From IMG/VR virus record IMGVR_UViG_3300025723_000076, positions 1 through 41,847 of that record: 41,847 bases of DNA; one strand, written 5' to 3'. The position numbers and the translations under genes were made by a program. Shown here piece after piece: positions 37,125 through 41,847 of this stretch. Numbering within the stretch: position 1 is the stretch's first letter; each line of letters begins with the position of its first letter. The DNA is from a virus (taxonomy: Duplodnaviria > Caudoviricetes). The notes under the pieces are model-generated. The model saw only the letters and a program-made list of their open reading frames with translations, was not told where the DNA came from and did not search any database.

Positions 37125-37193
37125 CTGTAATTACGTATATTCTTTGAAAAGTTTTATATTTTTGTCCAGCGATCATGTATATATTAAAAAATC

Positions 37194-37299
37194 AATAAAT
37201 ATATTTGATGGGGATTTAGGTATCGTATAAATAACGGTTGGCTTATTATAACACAATTATATACTGTCCACTGATATTTTAGATAGCGTATTATAAATA
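37194..37299 (+). promoter_or_regulatory. Cluster of three late-promoter boxes
   Basis: AATAAATA 37194-37201, TATAAATA 37226-37233, TATAAATA 37292-37299. AAGGAG SD at 37311-37316. Confidence 0.65.
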
Positions 37300-37325
37300 C
37301 ATCACTCAACAAGGAGCATTCCAAT

Positions 37326-40300
37326 ATGTCAGGAAATTTAACACGAATTAATAACAACCAGATCAGTGATGCTGTATCTGGTAATAGTTATTATGGTATT
37401 AACGCAAATACCAAAGTAATTCCAGGGTCGGTTACATCGACTCTATTAGCCAATAATTTAGTTTATGGCTCAGATTTAACAGTTCAAGGTAATTTAACCG
37501 TAACTGGTAACACTACCGCAATCGATACTACTGTAACAACTATTGAAGATCCGCTAATCCTTTTAGCTGACCACAATACTGCTGCTAACGTAGATATCGG
37601 TTTTATCGGCTATCAAGGTTCAGGTAACATTGCGTTTGCTTACCAACCAGGTGCCAATGCATTCGTTACTGCATTTACAAGTTCAGGTGCAAACAGCCAA
37701 CTTGTTACTGTTACAGCTTATGCTAATTTAACTACAGGTACTGCCAGTGTAACTGGTGATTTAAATACAGCCGGAAATATTTCTGTTGCTGGAAACATCG
37801 TAAGTCCATTAAATGTAACTGGTAATATTTCTGTTGGTAATGTCAGTGCTTCTGGCAACATCAATGGTGCTAATATTGTTGCTTCGTACTTATGGGGTGA
37901 TGGTAGTAATGTTTCTAACGTATCAGCTGAATTTGTAGCTGCTGCAAACATTACTGGTAATGTATTATCAAGCAACGTAACATCAAGTAGTTTAACTGCT
38001 GTTGGTACTTTAGCTAACTTATCTGTTTCGGGTGCTACATCTGCTTCGGATATCACTGCAACTGGTAATGTAAATGCTGCATACTTATATGGTGATGGTA
38101 GTAATGTTTATAATATCGGTGCTGGTAGTTTAACTGGTACTACATTATCAAGCAATGTTGTTTCAAGTAGCTTAACTGCTGTTGGTACATTGGCTAGTTT
38201 ATCTGTTTCAGGTGCTACATCTGCTTCTGATATCACTGCAACTGGTAATGTAAATGCTGCGTACTTGTACGGCGATGGTAGCAATGTTTATAATGTTGGT
38301 GCAGGTAGCTTAACTGGTACTACTTTATCAGCAAACGTTGTTTCAAGTAGCTTAACTGCTGTTGGTACTTTAGCTAGTTTATCTGTTTCAGGTACAACTA
38401 ATGCTGCTAATATCACTGCAACTGGTAACGTAACTGCTGCATATCTATATGGTAACGGTAGTGGAATTACTGGTGTTACAGCTTCAAGCATTGATGCAGG
38501 CAATTTAACTGGTAATACTTTATCAGCAAATGTTACATCAAGTAGCTTAACTGCTGTTGGTACTTTAGCTAGTTTATCTGTTTCAGGTACAACTAATGCT
38601 GCTGATATCACTGCAACTGGTAACGTAAATGCTGCGTACTTGTACGGAGATGGAAGTAATGTTTATAATGTTGGTGCAGGTAGTTTAACTGGCACTACAT
38701 TATCAAGCAATGTTGTTTCAAGTAGCTTAACTGCTGTTGGTACTTTAGCTAGTTTATCTGTTTCAGGTACAACTAATGCTGCTGATATTTCAGCAAGTGG
38801 TAATGTACGTGCTGCTTACCTATATGGTGATGCTAGTAACGTTACTAACGTTGGTGCTGGTAGTTTAACTGGTACTACATTATCAAGCAATGTTGTTTCA
38901 AGTAGCTTAACTGCTGTTGGTACTTTAGCTAGTTTATCTGTTTCGGGTACTACAACTGCTGCTGATATTTTAGCAACAGGTAACGTAAGTGCTTCTGGTA
39001 ATGTTAACGGTGCTAATATCGTTGCTTCATACTTGTATGGAGATGGAAGTAACATCAGTGGCGTAACAGCTTATAACGTAGCTGCTGCAAACATCACTGG
39101 TAATGTATTATCAAGCAACGTAACATCAAGTAGTTTGACTGCTGTTGGTACTTTAGCTAACTTAGCTGTATCAACATTTATCACTGCAACTGATATTTCA
39201 GCAAGTGGTAACGTAAGTGCTTCTGGTAATGTTTATGGCGGAAATGCAGTTATTACAACTGATATCACTGCTGGTGGTAATGTCACTGCTGCTAACTTTG
39301 CAACAAGTGGTATTGCTGGCAATGTTACTGCTACAGGTTGGGTATTAGCTGGTAATGTATCAGCAACTGGTGCAATTTATGGTGCAAATGTTACAACAAG
39401 TGGAACATCGATCAACGGTGGAGTTTCTACAAGTGGTTCTATTACTGCTGCCAATATTGCAACTTCTGGTACTGTAACTGCTACTGGTACTGTAACAGGT
39501 GGTAATATTTGGACAACTGGAATTGTAACTGCTAGCGGAAACGTAACTGGCGGAAACTTAATTTCATCTGCTGATATCACTGCTGCTGGAAATGTTTATG
39601 CAAATAACATTAGCGCATCTACAGTAAGCACAACTGGCAATATCACTACAAACCAATCATTTGTTGGTAATGCTTTAGTTGGTAATGCTTTAACTATTAC
39701 TTCTACTGCTGCTGGCTTACAATTTAGCGTAACTGGTAACATCAATGCAGGTAATACTTGGATCACTAACGTTCCTACTCCATATGCAGCTAGCGATGTA
39801 GCCAACAAGGCTTATGTTGATTCTGTTGCACAAGGATTATCATTAAAAACTTCTGTTTCTACAAGTTCAACTACAGATCTTCTTTCTGTAACTGGCGTAA
39901 CTGGTGTTGTGTATGCACAACCAGGTGCTGACGGAGTTGGTGCAACATTAACTGTTACTACGACAAGTCAATTGGCACTTGATGGTATTGATTTATCAAC
40001 ATTATTGCCTAATGCTCGTGTATTAATTAAGAACGAAACTACTGCTGCGTACAATGGTATCTATACCGTAACCAGCACTGGTGCTTTAAGCACAGTATTA
40101 ACTCGTGCAGTAGACTTTGATGTAGACGCAGACGGTATTACAGGTGCATTTACATTTGTTGAAGCTGGTACAGTTGATGGTAATACTGGTTGGATTTGTA
40201 CAGCCGTTTCTCCAGTAACATGGGGCACAACTGCAATTACTTGGTCTCAGTTCTCTGCTGCTGGTGAATACACTGGTGGAAATGCTATCAGCATTACAGG

Positions 40301-41847
40301 CACTGTAATCAATGCATTATACGACGGAAGTACTATTGGTGTAAATGGTTCTAACCAACTTTACATTCCAGCAAATGCTCCATTGACAACACCAAATATT
40401 GGTGATGCTACTGGTACAAGTTTAAGTGTAACTGGTGCATTAAGTACACTTGGTACTGTTTATGCTAACACAGCTAGCACTACTGGTTCAGTAATCGCTA
40501 ATGGTGATTTAAGTGCTGGTGGTAATGTTTACGCTGCCGTTAATGTAAGTGCTTTAGGTAATGTATATGCTGCGTATGTATATGGTGATGGTCGTAACAT
40601 TTCTAATGTAACAGCTATCAGTGTTGCTGCTGCAAACATCACAGGTAATGTGTTGTCAAGCAATGTTACTTCAAGTTCATTAACAGCCGTTGGTACTTTA
40701 TCTAACTTAGCTGTATCAACATATATTACTACAACTGATTTATCAGCAAGTGGCAATATAAGTGCTGCTGGCAATATAACTGCGGTTGGTAATGTAAGTG
40801 CTGCTTACTTAAACGGTAACGGTAGTGGAATTACTGGTGTTACAGCTTCAAGCATTGATGCAGGCAATTTAACTGGTAATACTTTATCAGCAAATGTTAC
40901 ATCAAGTAGCTTAACTGCTGTTGGTACTTTAGCTAGCTTATCTGTTTCAGGTACTACAACTGCTGCTGATATTTCATCAACTGGTAACGTAAGTGCTGTT
41001 GGTTCAGTTATTGCAGGTAATGTAAGCACTACTGGTAATGTTAACGGTGCTAATATTGTTGCTTCATACTTGTATGGCGACGGTAGCAACATCACTAATG
41101 TATCAGCTTATGCTGTAGCTGCTGCAAACATCACTGGTAATGTATTGTCAAGCAACGTAACATCAAGTAGTTTAACTGCTGTTGGTACTTTAGCTAACTT
41201 AGCTGTAAGCACATTTATTACTGCAACTGATGTATCAGCAAGTGGTAACGTAAGTGTTGCTGGTAATGTAACTGCTGCATACCTATATGGTGATGGTAGC
41301 AATGTTTATAATGTTGGTGCAGGTAGTTTAACTGGTACTACATTATCAAGCAATGTTGTTTCAAGTAGCTTAACTGCTGTTGGTACACTAGCTAGCTTAT
41401 CAGTATCAGGTAATACAACAAGTGGTAATATAGCAACTGCTGGTATAGTAAGTGCTGTTGGTAACATATATGGCGGTAATGTTATCGCTAGCAACTTTGC
41501 AACTTCAGGCGCACCTGGTACAGGTAATATTACTGGTGCTAATTTAATTAGTGCAGTAACAGTGTCAGCAAGTGGTAATGTATATGGTACTATGGTTGGT
41601 GATTTATACGGTAACGTATTTGCTACTAACGTAAGTGCAACTGGTAATATCAGTGCTGCTGGTAACGTAACTGGTGCAAATATCGGTATTGCAAGTTCAT
41701 ACTTGTATGGCGACGGTAGCAACATCACTGGCGTAACTGCTTATAACGTAGCTGCTGCAAACATCACAGGTAATGTGTTGTCAAGCAATGTTACTTCAAG
41801 TAGCTTAACTGCTGTTGGTACTTTAGCTAACTTAGCTGTAAGCACAT
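37326..41847 (+). CDS. Very large repetitive tail-fibre protein, 3'-truncated by the window (at least 1507 codons, absent from the ORF track)
   Basis: Starts MSGNLTRINNNQISDAVSGN...LANNLVYGSDLTVQGNLTVTG. The same frame is read at the window end (GTLANLAVST). Central fibre domain DVANKAYVDSVAQGL...RVLIKNE...NGIY...LTRAVDFD...GAFTFVEAG at about 39790-40260. Confidence 0.88.
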   Translation, partial: MSGNLTRINNNQISDAVSGNSYYGINANTKVIPGSVTSTLLANNLVYGSDLTVQGNLTVTGNTTAIDTTVTTIEDPLILLADHNTAANVDIGFIGYQGSGNIAFAYQPGANAFVTAFTSSGANSQLVTVTAYANLTTGTASVTGDLNTAGNISVAGNIVSPLNVTGNISVGNVSASGNINGANIVASYLWGDGSNVSNVSAEFVAAANITGNVLSSNVTSSSLTAVGTLANLSVSGATSASDITATGNVNAAYLYGDGSNVYNIGAGSLTGTTLSSNVVSSSLTAVGTLASLSVSGATSASDITATGNVNAAYLYGDGSNVYNVGAGSLTGTTLSANVVSSSLTAVGTLASLSVSGTTNAANITATGNVTAAYLYGNGSGITGVTASSIDAGNLTGNTLSANVTSSSLTAVGTLASLSVSGTTNAADITATGNVNAAYLYGDGSNVYNVGAGSLTGTTLSSNVVSSSLTAVGTLASLSVSGTTNAADISASGNVRAAYLYGDASNVTNVGAGSLTGTTLSSNVVSSSLTAVGTLASLSVSGTTTAADILATGNVSASGNVNGANIVASYLYGDGSNISGVTAYNVAAANITGNVLSSNVTSSSLTAVGTLANLAVSTFITATDISASGNVSASGNVYGGNAVITTDITAGGNVTAANFATSGIAGNVTATGWVLAGNVSATGAIYGANVTTSGTSINGGVSTSGSITAANIATSGTVTATGTVTGGNIWTTGIVTASGNVTGGNLISSADITAAGNVYANNISASTVSTTGNITTNQSFVGNALVGNALTITSTAAGLQFSVTGNINAGNTWITNVPTPYAASDVANKAYVDSVAQGLSLKTSVSTSSTTDLLSVTGVTGVVYAQPGADGVGATLTVTTTSQLALDGIDLSTLLPNARVLIKNETTAAYNGIYTVTSTGALSTVLTRAVDFDVDADGITGAFTFVEAGTVDGNTGWICTAVSPVTWGTTAITWSQFSAAGEYTGGNAISITGTVINALYDGSTIGVNGSNQLYIPANAPLTTPNIGDATGTSLSVTGALSTLGTVYANTASTTGSVIANGDLSAGGNVYAAVNVSALGNVYAAYVYGDGRNISNVTAISVAAANITGNVLSSNVTSSSLTAVGTLSNLAVSTYITTTDLSASGNISAAGNITAVGNVSAAYLNGNGSGITGVTASSIDAGNLTGNTLSANVTSSSLTAVGTLASLSVSGTTTAADISSTGNVSAVGSVIAGNVSTTGNVNGANIVASYLYGDGSNITNVSAYAVAAANITGNVLSSNVTSSSLTAVGTLANLAVSTFITATDVSASGNVSVAGNVTAAYLYGDGSNVYNVGAGSLTGTTLSSNVVSSSLTAVGTLASLSVSGNTTSGNIATAGIVSAVGNIYGGNVIASNFATSGAPGTGNITGANLISAVTVSASGNVYGTMVGDLYGNVFATNVSATGNISAAGNVTGANIGIASSYLYGDGSNITGVTAYNVAAANITGNVLSSNVTSSSLTAVGTLANLAVST
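37880..39180 (+). repeat. Tandem coding repeats, core period 180-195 bp (YLYGDGSN...LSSNV.SSSLTAVGTLA.L.VS); second array at about 40570-41847
   Basis: Unit anchors at 38081, 38261, 38441, 38636 and 38816. 38451-38572 is identical to 40815-40936. Confidence 0.9.

Noticed and set aside
20360-41728. Numerous antisense and alternate-frame ORFs over the glycine-rich and fibre genes (poly-Pro, poly-Val, 'KLAKVPTAVKLL')
   Set aside because: They are shadows of repetitive GGT/ACT/GCT codons in the real + strand genes, with no SD or promoter.
37880-41847. CRISPR-like repeat array
   Set aside because: Units are 180-195 bp or longer, in frame and protein-coding, with no short repeat plus unique spacer pattern and no cas genes.

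Overview
AT-rich fragment of a large T4-like (myovirus-type) phage genome in the standard genetic code. Left to right it holds: baseplate genes (gp53-like, gp48-like), late sigma factor gp55, recombination nuclease gp47/gp46, a small GIY-YIG nuclease and a ~430-nt non-coding, hairpin-dense element that looks like a large structured ncRNA. Next come a gp26-like/gp51-like gene pair apparently joined by a -1 slippery site, and two tandem paralogous tape-measure-like genes carrying different cell-wall hydrolase domains. The head cluster follows (gp20, acidic core protein, gp21, gp22, gp23), then a free-standing HNH/NUMOD3 homing endonuclease. The rest is glycine-rich and Ig-like virion proteins, a methyltransferase, a TPR-glycosyltransferase and several very large repetitive fibre genes; the last fibre gene is missed by the ORF track and runs off the window. 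T4-type TA(T)AAATA late-promoter boxes and intrinsic terminators punctuate the window. The first 103 bp are an exact inverted copy of 299-401, probably an amplification or assembly chimera. All family assignments come from motif recognition by eye; no database search was run. No tRNA, rRNA or CRISPR array was seen.
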